From the human T2T-CHM13v2.0 reference genome, Homo sapiens: DNA of 64,000 bases. Location of the stretch: NCBI RefSeq assembly GCF_009914755.1, contig NC_060934.1; one strand, written 5' to 3'. The translations under genes were made by a program, and so were the position numbers. The notes beneath the pieces are model-generated. The model saw only the letters and a list, made by a program, of their open reading frames with translations. It had not been told where the DNA came from and did no database searches. Below, piece by piece: positions 38,660-52,558 of this stretch; position 1 is the first letter of the stretch, and every line of letters begins with the position of its first letter.

Positions 38660-41600
38660 CCCTGTATGCAGTTAAGGAATTTGGACATGCAGGAAGCAAA
38701 ATCCATAAATTGAATTTGGTTGCAGGGGACAGTGCTATGTCTCACCTGCCTTTGTTTCTTCCTACGATATTTAATTAAACGCTTTGAAAAATGTTTGAAT
38801 GAACATAATAATAATCAATAAGAATTGCATTTTAGGAAGGTTAACTTAAAAGGGTTGTATACAAGGATTTCATTTTCAGGGAGACAATTTTTAGACTCCT
38901 ACATACTCTGTATACTACTTTTACTTTCTTAAATTTTTTTCTGGGCAAGATTTCCATTTCATGTCAGCAGAGCAAAAATTTATTCAATAAATGGCTTCTT
39001 GTCAGAGAAGGTGGGTTTAAACTATTTTTCCTCTAGGTTTCGATCATTATTCCAGTTCTTATAAGTTGTAATTCTTAAATCAGCCTATAAGACTGTGTTA
39101 TGCACTCATAAGTTTTTTTTATACAAAAAAATAACTGCAGCCCTATCATTCTCCATCCTGTGCTATCAGCATGCAACATTGAGTGTTTTCTGACACTTCT
39201 GGTTCCCAGTTCTCTAAATGAGATTTAAATGAGCCTGAATCGTTGTAATTCTGCCTTAGTTCAATGACATCTGGGAAATTCCAGAGTTTTCACATTTTTT
39301 CTGCGTTTCCAGCAAGTCACTTGGCTGAATTGTTCCTGAGTTGTGTTTATACTTAACTTGCTCTGCTGCCTTCCTGGCTAGAATTGGGGTATCCAGTTTT
39401 TCTGAGTTCGGTGTTGTTCTTAGGTGGTCTAAAGTGTTCTGGAACTTAGGCTTAAGCCTAGCAATGATTCTTGTGTCTCCCTTCTGGTCATTGCGGCTTA
39501 AAGATTCACAGTAGAATACCTTTATAAAGATGAATTATGCTTTTCAGGGTATTTTCTCCCATGACATGATATTCTGAATATTTAAATACCAACCAGTATT
39601 ATGTTTGAGTTTACTGGAAGATTTGACTATATAATTTGTTCACCTAATCATATTATTGTTATTATGGTTGATGTTTGTCTCCTTCCAAAAATGTATTTGA
39701 AATTGTTAAAATTAAATATCAAAAAATAAAAATAAGACAATTAGTAATAAAATAGAGAAATCGATAGAGATAGTTTAAAGGAAGCGGAGAGGAATGATAC
39801 TACTATACATTTAAGATGGTAAGATTCATATAATTCATCACCGAATCTGGCTTTCTGTTTTCTGGCTGCTAAGTTAAAGGGAAAACATGTCATGTTGCAT
39901 GGATTCTACTTCCTGACAGATAAATGAATGTACCTTTGTCTGCAGAAAATTTTTTCTTAATTTAACACAAACAGAAATTTTTTGTGCAGACTTATCAAGA
40001 TCTTTGAGTAACATAATAGATATTTCCTACTAAAATTTAATAAAATTTTCAAATAATCCTCTTTTTATGGACAGGACAAACAGCTTGTATTACATATTTG
40101 TTTTTCACATTTTCATCTGGATAATAAAAATACCTCAGAGGAACAAAATGGTGGGGGGAGTCCCTTTAGGCCTGACCTGCCCTTTTGATTACCTGAACAA
40201 ACGGAATTATACCCAAATCTACAAAGGATGCAGAGGCTGGCCACCAAAGATTTGAATTTCCAACTCCTACAGTGTGAGCTCAGTTATAAAATCATAGAAG
40301 AGGAGCTTAAGATGAACAAAATCAATCCCTTCATTCACAAAAGAAGAAACTAAAGCAGGGGAAAATGTAGCCTCGGTTTGACTAGATTGTTGAGCATACC
40401 GATGTAGAATGTGGACAGCCTTGCTCCTGTCCATCACAAAAGAGGATTGCATATTTGTTTTAGGAAGCCCTCACTATGCTTCCCATCTTAATGCTCCCAT
40501 TCTTTCTCTGCCAACCATCGAGAAGAGATCAGGAGTAGAATTCAGACACTGGAGCAAAGCTTCATATAATCAAAAAAGTCCAAAGTGTGCAATTTTGTTT
40601 GAAGTTAATATAACACACAACTTATACTCTTCTCATACTGAAAGTTCATAATGAACTTTTGGGAATAGTCCTAATTTAACGTAATATCTTTTTTATAAAG
40701 ATGATTTATATAGTATGGAACTAAAGGCGATTTACTTTTTCACAGGGTTACAATATTTATCCCGCAAATCAGAAAAAAACTTATTTATCAAACCATGTAT
40801 TTCATTCAAATTTAGAGGCTGTCATCATGACACATATTAAGTATTAGGTATAGCAATCTTTTCTTCCAATTACTAAGGAGATATTTTTACCAACTTACAG
40901 ATTCTCCTATGCTTCACCAGATTCAATTTGTCCAAAAAATTATCTAGAAATTTCAGAGAGAGGTTTAAATGATTTTCTGCTTATCTTCTCCCATTTTTAT
41001 TCTCCTCATTCCCATCTCCCCCGCTACTCTGGTGAAAATTTCCTACATATCCTGGTTTTTGAAGGGGTCTGTGAAAACGTCTCATCATTTCCTTACTTCA
41101 GCTATTAAGCCACTGGAAATTAGCAAGATCTGACATTACGCTTCATCACCATTTTTAAGTGCATTCTGTCTGCCTGGAGTATAGCAGTTCTTATGCTCCA
41201 CAAAACAGCATGTGAGGGCTACTTGTTTAGTTAATAATGTGACACTGAGCAGCTGTTCAAAGAGAGCCCCTACACCAAAATAGAGAAAGCTCTGTCCACT
41301 TGCTGGCATTTCTTTCTTCCTTTCTTTTTCTCTGCTGTGCTCCCTGGCTTCCTGATGCACAGATGCTGCTGTTGGTCATTTCAGCCACTTTCCAGAGGGA
41401 TTATTAAGATCCCCTTGAGCCAAGTTTGCAGGAAACAAATGGGTTTTATAAATGTATATTAATCTGTTCAGCTTCAGATAATGAAAACATACTACTCTGG
41501 TATGAATCATATGTGGCATGTGAAGCCCTAGTCCCACCCCAAGGAATGTAACCAAAGACGCTGAGGTGTTGGAATGTGGCCTCAGAGTCAGGGTGCTTCA

Positions 41601-42219
41601 TGGGAGGTATTCACAATGCAAAATAACAGATCCATATTAGGGGCATTTTGATTTTGGAATGAGGAGTAAAGCTCTGGCCTCTGTCTGTCCTGGAGGTCAA
41701 GAGAGGACACCTAGAATCAGGCCTGAATGAATGGACCTGGTCTTCCTAAGGACACCATTTTAAGTAAATATCTCAGCAGGTGGTTGCTGCATCTCAAGAA
41801 GACTATGGGGCATGTGTACCTTTGCCCTCAGTCCTGGTCCTCCTTTGCTCACGGGCTTGCTGGGCCCGCCATGCCCATTAGGACAGGGTGGGCGTTGGTT
41901 CCTGTGTGCAAACCCAAGGCAGTTCCTGGGTGCTCCGAGCCACAGCTCTGACTCAGAGAGTCAAGTCAGCCTTGGGACTACATCTACAGTTCATTTACTG
42001 ACCCCCCAGGATATTTTCAAACAGTATTGTGTTTCTGTGTTTGAAGAAGAGAATTTTACGTCATTCTTGGGGAAATAGCGCCACTAAAGACTTTTCTTTC
42101 GCAATGCTGCCGCATTGGAATATAAAACTCAGCGATATAGCAGATAACTACTTCATCCTCAGTGCAGATTAACTGACTGCATATCCAGAATTTACTCTGG
42201 GTAATCTAGTCTCTGGGAA

Positions 42220-42450
42220 GGCATAGGGTAGAGTGGAAAGTCTTCTGAATGGGGAGTCCTGACAATCATCTCTAGACCCTTTCTCTACCACAAGCTGGTG
42301 ACTTTGAACAAATGACTCGCTTGCCCGCTGAGAGCCTATTTCTTCTTCTGTTCATAGAAAAAATAACTACCTGTCCTACAAATTTCACAAGATTATCTGT
42401 TCAAAATAAATAGATAACATGCATAAATTACTTTGCAAATGTTAAATTTT
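42220..42450 (+). mobile_element. MIR
   Basis: gtgactttgaacaaatgact...gagcctatttcttcttctgt...aataactacctgtcctaca. Confidence 0.6.
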
Positions 42451-43606
42451 AGGAATTTAAGAAATTATACTTTAAACAGAATAAAATAGTGCTAAATATT
42501 TTTAAAGTACAAACAATAGGAATATAATGTGTTAAAGAGTACAATGACTTATAATGAAGCATATATAAATGGTAACACATTATATTAAGTCTCTGATACA
42601 GACTCATAAGAATATACTAAAATACCTATATTTCTGCAGGCTTAGAACATGAAATTATGTACTTGTCAGTCAAATACTACAAGTCTTACATATTTTCTTC
42701 AATGTTACCTACATGTAATTGCTCACAGAACTTAAAAACTTGTTTACACTGGATTTTCTGGCTTAGTGCACCCTCATTCTTCCCTTTGGTCTATGTACAA
42801 CGTCTGCATTCCATGAACCCTGGGGCAGCAGGATCACCCACTGATAAGACAGATACATTTGAGACAGGATATAAATCAGCCTGATCTTTGCCTAGGATAA
42901 GCTCTAACAGAGAATCAACCTTTAGCCTTGTGGACAGTGACTAGATCCAGTTCACTCCATTTCCCTATAAATTAGTCTAAACTAATCTGAATACATTCAT
43001 TTCAGAGACTTTATACTGAGGCCATTTCTCAGTTGCTTGTGCTGGAATTAAACCAAACCCCTTTGCTTTGGGGAATGCTCAACTGGTAAGGTTCAGAGAA
43101 GGCAGTTTCAGATCACAGACCTCACACCAAGTGATTACACAAGTAAGACACGTGCATCAATCCTTCTAACCACAGTCATCCAAGTGGGCTGTTGGGTTTT
43201 GTCACTTTGCTAAGTGCTGACTTCGGATCCCATTTGTAATCTGAAATGTACCAAGTGTACTCTTGTTGATACATTTGGAGTTGCTTCCACGGTTCAAACA
43301 TTTAGGGTTACGTGTATTTTTTCAAGTATGACCTATATTATTAGTATCGTTTTGTTTAGTTTCATTAACAGTGGCAGTGCAAGCACAGTGGTGGTGACGG
43401 AGGAAACACAGTCCTTTTATTTCAGCACCTGCCAAGGCAGGGCATTATGTGAGGAGCTTCAGATAAATTGCTAATAAGGTCATGAAAGTTTGGCAAGATT
43501 TATTTTATCATCCTTATTTTACTGATGAGAAAGCTGTCAGCTGACTTGAGCCTCCATTACAAGTGACTGCAAACCCTACTCTTTCTGACTCTTAAAACTG
43601 GCTACA

Positions 43607-43896
43607 GGCCAGGCGCAGTGGCTCATTCCTGTAATCCCAGGACTTTGGGAGGCCGAGGAGGGCGGATCTCGAGGTCAGGAGATCAAGACCATCCTGGCTA
43701 ACAGAGTGAAACCCCGTCTCTACTAAAAATACAAAAAATTAGCTGGGCGTGGTGGTGGGCACCTGTAGTTCCAGCTATTCGGGAGGCTGAGGCAGGAGAA
43801 TAGCGTGAACCCGGGAGGCAGAGCTTTTGCAGTGAGCTGAGATCACGCCACTGCCCTCCGTCTCAAAACAAAAAAACAAAAAAAAAAAAACCCACA
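43607..43896 (+). mobile_element. AluY with 25-nt internal deletion in the right arm
   Basis: AluY diagnostics (gagatcaagaccatcctggctaac, gcgtgaacccgggagg); exact TSD aaaactggctaca at 43594-43606 and 43897-43909. Confidence 0.95.
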
Positions 43897-44695
43897 AAAA
43901 CTGGCTACAAAACTAGTGGCAACTTCAGGAATACAGAATAATCATAGAAAATATACTTGACTTGCATGAATATATTAGATCATTCTAGAAGTTTCCAGAG
44001 ACCACAAAGGACCCTGCCCTCCCAGGGCTCTGCAACATTCCTTGCCCTCTGGCATGATCAGAGGCCCCTGTGGCTCATGTTTCTGCCTTGGTGTTGGATA
44101 ATAAATTATTCCAGTGGCTGGTGATTTGGTTGAATCTAAATCTCAGCCAGTAAATGATAAAATGTGGCAAGCAAAGTTTTGCATAGGCCTCTTCTCTGGG
44201 TTGTGTGTATGGGGCTCAATTCCTCTCCACAACAGCAGGGATCTCAGTGCTCCAGAAATGCTCCCATGATGGGAAGCCCCACAAACTGATGGTGTTGGAA
44301 TTGAAAGATAGGAAGGACAACATGTGAGGGAAGAAAGCTCTGTCTCTAACATTTGGAGCTTTACTGCCAACCCAATTCCCATTTGCCTAACTGAAGACAC
44401 ACAGCTGTAATAGGAAAAAGTGGTGCATTGGTATCTGCTTTAAGATGCTCCAAGTTTCTCAGAGTGGGCAGCTCTATGGTAGTTGGGGGACAGTGGTCAT
44501 TTAGTCACTGTCCTCTTTAGACAATGGTGGAATGTATGCAGGATACAATGGCATGGCCAAAGTCAAGCATGACAATTTCATATTTGGGACAGAAATCCAG
44601 GTAAAGAAAACTGAAGCTTTCTTGATGAGAAAATTCAAATTATCCAAAGACAAAAGATGTTCTAGCCCTGCTTCCTGCATTATGAAGACATTATG

Positions 44696-45384
44696 AGCCT
44701 CGCCGTGGGTGCTGATGGCGGGGAGGGGCGTGTGGGAGGCCTGGGTTGCGAACCTGAGTCAACTGCCCACTCCTCACAGTCCCAGACCCAGGAGATACGG
44801 GAAGGCACGCACAGAGGAGTCACCAAGGAGCTTTTCGCGGAGGGTGGTGATGTGTGGGGGCATCCTTCCTCCCACATGGGTCCAGGGAGATTCACCTCTC
44901 AGGGGCTCCTGAGCATGTGGGCCTGGACCCCACAGGGCATGCAGGGGCGGGCGGGCTTCCATGCAGGATGAGTGAGTGGAGAGAAACGCTCTGGTTAGAG
45001 AATTCCCGGCCTACACGTCGCCCCCTCACCAAGATAGAGAGCTCCTGATTTCCCCGGGTGGACAGGTGTCAGTGTGTGCCTTTCAGTGTCAACCCGTGTG
45101 GCAGATGGGTGAAATACAAGTCTTGTGAAATTCGAATGCGAAACTTGTGAAATCAAAAGGGTTTTATTAATGACCATCAGGGAGTCATGATCAAGGTGAA
45201 GCCTTCCAGCAAAACCAGCGATTGGCTTGTTGGCAGATACACCCAAGGGAGGCTTCATACCTTAAGGTGACCTGGATGGTGTTTTGGAGATAATGCAGGC
45301 CCACTTGTGACCCTGGTCCCTTCTACTGGGACTGTAAATAAAAATAAACGGTGGGCCAGAGGTCTCCTGGAAAAAAAAAAAAAA
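44696..45384 (+). pseudogene. L1-mediated retroposed unique sequence (5'-truncated retrocopy or orphan 3' transduction), source unidentified
   Basis: Exact TSD aagacattatg at 44685-44695 and 45385-45395. Tandem AATAAA at 45337-45342 and 45343-45348; pure A run at 45371-45386. GC- and CpG-rich, unlike the flanks, and not recognisable as Alu, L1 or LTR. Confidence 0.88.
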
Positions 45385-47744
45385 AAGACATTATGTTTGA
45401 TTCACACCATTTTATCTTCCATTCCACTCTTCATGAAATAACTTCGACAGTGGAAAATGAGGAAAAACCTGAATTGGTCTAGAAGCTGGAGAAGAAAATT
45501 ATTGAAATATCAGCATTTTGGGGGACTTTCTCCTACTTATAACACTAATGGGACATTAAAGACTGGAGGGCCAATTTGAAAGTTTCCTGTTGGAGGGAGT
45601 GGTATAGTTTTTCACTGAGATATTAGAAAGATCCTGGAACTCACAATCATCCTCCCTGTAGGAGTAAAGGCTGAATGCTGATGGGGATTATTACCCTCAC
45701 TGGGACAATATTATTTTAATCCCGTAGTCATTGACGGTTGTGGTGACTGCCCAGCTCATGGTCAAAGATTGTTGAAATTATAAAAAATAAAATTTTCTGA
45801 TTCAAAAGCAGAAGCAAAGTAATTAAATTCTTATTTAAATTTAAGAAAACATGATTTTTATTAGGAAATATATAAATGACGAGATGGTAACAATACAGAT
45901 GGTGATAACATTAGCTGGGTTAGAAACAAGTCAAAAATAATTTTTAAAAGAGTTCATAGTTATAAAGAAAGAATAGTTTGAAATAAAATAGGAGTAAATG
46001 TAAATTTAAAATGCATTAGAAGGAGCCAATTTACAAAGCCAATTGACTTTGCGGAAAATAAAGTCAGCAATTCAGAAACTAACCTATAGAGAATCTTCCA
46101 TTATGGAGAAAAGACTAAGAAATGGGGAAAAAATAACAGACTTGGGGAGATGTAGAGGCAAATTGTGCAATTAAAATTTATGGGTAATACTCCTTCAAAA
46201 GAAATTAAAATAAATAGGATGGAAAAATATTTAAAGGTTAAAACAAAAATAGTATATTAATAGTAATAAGAAGCTATGTTTAGTAAGATTGTATTTTTGA
46301 AATGGAAGACTGTTTCAATATTAGCAAAATGAATTACATACCCACAGAAAATATTTCAAAATTTATAAAAATTTATATCTACTTCTACTTTAAAAATTGC
46401 TAATAAACTAAAAATAGAAAGATGCTTTTTTTACATGAATAAAACTCTTGAGTCATTATTTTTTATGTTATTAAAATTTTGAAATTGATGTTTAAAATTA
46501 TATGTATCTGCTATGTACAACATGGTTCAAAATATATATGCATTGTGGAATGATAAAATCTATCTAATTAATTTATGCATTACCTCACATAGTTATCATT
46601 TTTGCAATGAAAACACTTTGCATCCATTCTCAGCATTTTTTAAGAAAGCAGTATATTATTAACTTTAGTCACCATGTTATACAATAGATCTCTTGAACTT
46701 ATCCCTCCTCTCTAACTAAAATTTTGTATTCTTTCATCTTCTCCTTCTCCATCGCCTCCTCCAACCTCCCCCCAGTCTCTGGTGACCACCATTATAATCT
46801 TTACTTCTGTGAGATCAGCTTTTCCGTATTTCACATATGAATGAGACGACTCACTGTTTGTCTTTCTGTTTCTGGCTTATTTTACTTAAAAAAATGTCCT
46901 CCAGGTTCATCCATGTTGTCACAAATGATAGAATTAATTTCTTTCTTTATTGCTCATGGCTGAACATATTCTGTTGTATGTATATACAACTGTGTAGGTT
47001 GTCTCTTCACTCTGTTGATTGATAACGTTACTGTGCAAAAGTTTTTTAGTTTGATGTAATCCTATTTGTCTGTTTTTTCTTCTATTGCCTGTGCTTTTGG
47101 AGTCAAATTCAAAAGATCATTTACCACACCAATGTCATGGAGCTTTCCCCTTATGTTTTCTTCTAGTAGTTTCATAGTTTCAGTTTTTAAGTTTTGAATG
47201 TATTCTGAGTTGATTTTTATATATGGTGTAAGATATTGCATATGATAGGGTCTAATTTCATTCTGCATGTGGATATCCTGTTTTCCCAGTGTCATTTATT
47301 GAAGGGATTTGACTTTCTTCATTGGTGACTGTTGAAAATCAGTCTGCTTTAAATGTGAAGATTTATTTCTGAGCTCTCAAGTTTGTTCCGTGGGTCAATA
47401 TGTCTGTTTTTATGACAGTACCATGCTGTTTTGATTACTATAGCTCTGTCATATATATTATCTAGTTAGATTGACCATTTTATTATTATATAATGATCTT
47501 CTTTGTCTCTTTTTAAAGTTTTGACTTAAAGTCTGTCTAATGTGATATAAATGCTACTTTTCCTCCTCTCTTTTGGTTTCCATTTTTATGGAATGTATTT
47601 TTCTATCTATTCATTCAGTCTGTGTAAGTCCTTACAAGTGAAGTGAGTCTCTTATAGGCAGCATACAGTTGAATCTTTTTTTAAAAAAATCCATTAAGCC
47701 TCTGGGTGTATTGTAAATGGATAATTTGATCTGTTTACATTTAA

Positions 47745-47954
<210 letters not shown>

Positions 47955-50900
47955 TAAGGGCATATGACTGACAATTTGTTACCTGTTTTCTTGTTTTGTA
48001 AAATAGATCCTTTGTTCCTTTTTTCCTAACTGTCTTGTTTTGTAGCTAAGTGATTTTTTTCTAACGTTATGTTTTGATACATTCCTTTTTAGTTTTGGGG
48101 AATCTACTGTTTTTTGCTTTATGGTTATAATTAGGTTTACAAAAAACATTTTACAGTTATGATACTTTCTTTTAAACTCATAACAACTTAACTTTGACCC
48201 AAAAAATGCTGTACTTCCACTCCATTCTCCCCCAACATTTAAAGTTTTTGATGTCACAATTTACATGTTCTTACATTGCATATGCATTAATAAGTTATTT
48301 TAGTTATTATTTTTAATCGTTTTATCTTTCAACTTTTAAACTAAAGATAGACATAATTTATATATCACTGTTACAGTATTAGAGTATTCTGAATTTGACT
48401 GTGTATTTACTTTTACCAGTAAGTTTTGTACATTCAGAAGTTTTTTATGTAACTCATTAGGGTTTTTTCTTTTAGCATGAAGGACTCCCTTTAGCATTTC
48501 TTACAAAACAGGTCTGGTGGTGATGAACACCCTCTCCTTTTGTTTGTGTGAGAAAGTCTTTATCTCTACAATTTTGAATGACAGTTTTGCTGGGTATAGA
48601 ATATTTGGTTGCACATTTTTTTCTCCTTCAGCACCTTGACCATATCATCTCACTCTCTTTGGTCTATAAGGTTTCTGCCAAGAAGTATGCAGTTAGCAAG
48701 ACTTCTGCTATTCACATGTTTATATCTTTCACCAAGTTTAGAAAGTTTTCTGTTACTGTTTTTAAATAAGCTTTTGATTCCTTTATTTTTCTCTCCTCCT
48801 TTTTCAACTCCTATAAATGAAACTTTGCCCTTTTGAGGGTGTGCCATAATTTTTGTGGGTACATAGTAGGTATATATCTTTATGGATTACATGGGATATT
48901 TTATACTGCCATGCAATGAATAATAATCACATGAGGGTAAGTGGGGTATCCCTCACCTGAAGCATTTATCCTTTGTGTTAAAAACAACCCAATTATACAC
49001 TTTTGGTTATTTTTAAATGCACTACAAAATTATTTTTCACTATAGTTACCCTGTTGTTCTAGCAAATACTAGGTCTTATTCATTCTTTCTAACTATTTTT
49101 TTTGTACCCATTAGCCATCTCCACCCACCCACCTGATTCTCATTCCCATCCTCTGGTAACCATCCTTCTACTGTCTATCTCCATGAGTTCAATTGTTTAA
49201 TTTTTTAGCCCCCACAAATAAGTGAGGATATATGAAGTTTGTCTTTCAGTGCCTGGCTTATTTCAATTAATATAATGAGCTTCAGTTGCATATATGTTGC
49301 TGCAAATGACACAATCTCATTTTTTATGACTAAGTAATACTCTTTGTGTATATGTACCAGATTTTATTTATCCATTCATCTGATGGACACTTAGGTTAGG
49401 TTGCTTCTAAATCTTGGCTATTGTAAATAGTCCTGCAATAAACATGGGAGTGCAGATATCTCCTCCATATACTGATTTCCTTTATTGGGGGTATATACCT
49501 AGGAGTGAGCTTGCTGATCATATGGTAGCCTCTATTTTTAGATTTTTTTGCAGAACCTCCAAATTGTTCTCCATAATGGTTGTACTAATTTACATCCCTA
49601 CCAACAGTGTACTTGGGTTCCCTTTTCTTCAAATGCCCACTAGCATTTGTTAGTGCCTGTCCTTTGGATAAAAGCCATTTTAACTGGGGTAAGGTAATAT
49701 CTCACAATTTTGATTTGCATTTCTCTGATAATCAATGATGTTGAGCACCTTTTCATATGCCTGTTTGCCATTTATATGTATTCTTTTGAGAAACAGCTAT
49801 TCAAATCTTTTGCCTATTTTTAAATTACATTGTTAGATTTTTTTTCCTATAGCGTTGTTTGAGCTCCTTGTATATTCCAGTTATTAATCCTTTGTCAGAT
49901 GGATAGTTTGCAAATATTTTTCTCATTCTGTGGGTTGTCTCTTCACTTTTTTGGTTGTTCCCTTTTTGCACAGAAGCTTCTTAACTAGATTTGATCCCAT
50001 TTGTCCATTTCTTTTCCTTGGTTGCCTCTGCTTGCGAGGTATTGCTCAAATCTTTGCCTAGTCCAATGTCTGGAAGAGTTTCATTACTGTTTTCTTGTAG
50101 TAGTTTCACAGTTTGAGGTCTTATATTCAAGGTCTTATATTCAAGTCTTTAATCCCTTTTGATTTCATTTTTGTAAATGGTGAGAGATAGGGGTCTAGTT
50201 TCATTCTTCTGCATATAGATACCTAGTTTTCCAAGCATCATTTACTGAAGAAACATTTATTCCCATTGTATGTTCTTTGCACCTTTGAAAAAATTTTACT
50301 ACAGGTATGTGGATTTATTTCTGGGTTCTCTTTCATTGGTCTATGTATCTATTTTTATGACAGCACAATGCCATTTTGGATACTATAGCTCTGTAGTAAA
50401 ATTTGAAGTCAGGTAATGTGATTCATCCAGTTTCGGTGGATGTTTCTGTTTTTGATTTTGTTTTGTGCTTAGGATGACTTTGGCTATTTGGGTCTTCTGT
50501 CATTCTACATGTATTTTAGGATTTTTTTCTATTTCTGTGAAGAATGACATTGGTATTTTGATAGGAATTGCACTGAATCTGTAGATTGCTGTGGGTAGTA
50601 TGGGCATTTTCACAATATTTATTCTTCCAATCCATAAACATGCAATATCTTTCCATTTTTTACATCTTCTGCAATTTCTTTCATTAATGTTTTGTAGTTT
50701 TTATTGTAGAGATCTTTCACTTCTTTGGTTAAGTTAATTCCTTAGTATTTAATTTTATTTGTAGCTATTGTAAATGGGATTATTTCTTGATTGCTTTTTC
50801 AAATTGTCTGCTATTGGCATATAAAAATGCTACTGTTTTTTGTAGGACGATTTTGTATACTGCAACTTTTCTGAATTTATCAGTTCTAATAGTGTTTTGA

Positions 50901-50978
50901 TGGAGTCCTCAGGTTTTTCCAAATATAAAAGTATAACATCTGCGAACAATATAATTTGACTTATTTCCCTCCAATTCA

Positions 50979-51068
<90 letters not shown>

Positions 51069-52238
51069 TCATGTTTCCAATCAGCAAAAAGGCTTTTAGA
51101 TTTTCCCCATTCAGTATGATACTAGCTATGGGTCTGTCATATCTGGCTTTTGTTATGCTGAGGTATGTTTATTCTGCACACATATACCCAGTTTTTGAGG
51201 TTTTTTCATGAAGGGATGTTGAATTTTATCAAATGCATTTTCAGCATCAATTGAAATAATCATATGACTTTTGTCCTTCATTCTGTTGACCTAATGTATC
51301 ACATTAATTGATTTGTACATGTTGAAGCATTCTTTCACCTCTGTGGTAAATCCCGCTGGGTCATGATGAATGATCTTAATTTGTTGTTGAATTCAGTTTA
51401 CTAGTATTTTCTTGAGGAGTTTTACATAAATATTCATCAATGATATTGGCCTATAGTTTTCTCCTTTTTTAAATGTGTCTCTTTCTGGTTTTTGTATGAG
51501 AGTAATACTGGCTTCATAGTATAAGTTTGGAAGTTATTCCTCTTCCTCTACTTTTTGGAATAGTTTGAGTGGGATTGTTGTTAATTATTCTTTAAGTATT
51601 TGATAATATTCAGCAGTTAAACCATTGGGTTACAGGCTTTCTTTTACTGAGAGACATTTTATTATGGTTTTTATCTTGTCACTTGTTACTGGTCTGTTCA
51701 TGTTTTTCATTTCCTAATGGTTCAATATTGGTAGGTTTTATGTGGCTAGGAATTTGTTCATTTCTCCCAGATTTTCCAGTTTATTGGCATATAGTTGCTC
51801 ATGGTAGCTACTAATCCTGTGAATTTCTGCAGTGTCATTGTAATATCTCCTTTTTCGTCTTTGATTTTATTTATTTAAGTCTTTTTTTCTTAATCTGGCT
51901 AATGATTTGTCATTTTTTATCTTTTCAAAAGTCCAACTTTGTGTGTGTTTATCTTTTGTATTGTTTTATTCATTTCAAATTTATTGATTTCTGCTCTTAT
52001 CTCTATTATTTCTTTTCATCTATCTATTTTGGGTTTGGTTTGCCTTTGCTTTTCTAGTTCTTTCAGATGCAACATTATGTTATTTATTTGAAATTTTTCT
52101 TCTTTTTTGATGTAGGCACTTATAGCTATAAACTTCTTTCTTGTACTGCTTTTGCTGTATCCCATTGGTTTGGGTATGTTCTGTTCCATATTCTTTTTTT
52201 TTTTTTTCAAGAAATTTTTATTTTTTCTCTTAATTTCT

Positions 52239-52558
52239 CCTTCCTTCCTTCCTTCCTTCCTTTCTTCCTTTCTTTCCTTCTTTCGAGTCTCACTCTGTTG
52301 CCAAGCTGGAGTGCAGTGGCGCAATCTCGGCTCACTGCAATCTCCGCCTCCCTGGGTTCAAGTGGTTCCTCTGCCTCAGCCTTCAGAGTAGCTGTGACTA
52401 CAGGAGCGCACCACCACACCCAGCTAATTTTTTGTGTTTGAGTAGAGACAGGGTTTCACCATGTTGGCCAGGATGGTCTCGATCTCCTGACCTCGTGATC
52501 CTCCTGCCTTGGCCACCCAAAGTGCTGGGATTACAGGCATGAGCCACCACGCCCAGCC
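52239..52558 (-). mobile_element. AluSc-type with (CTTC)n-converted tail
   Basis: ggccaggatggtctcgatctcctgacctcgtgatcc; TSD ttt(t/c)ctcttaatttct. Confidence 0.93.

Noticed and set aside
44680-45258. Cluster of overlapping short ORFs in the retroposed insert
   Set aside because: Such ORFs are expected from high GC content. The first ATG lies in the TSD, and no known protein is recognisable.
44696-45370. CpG-island promoter or SVA interpretation
   Set aside because: The TSD and poly(A) indicate a retroposed insert. No CCCTCT hexamers, VNTR or SINE-R sequence are visible.
50116-50143. 14-bp tandem duplication aggtcttatattca x2
   Set aside because: This is an ordinary slippage duplication inside a dead L1, as is the 18-bp one near 17680-17716.
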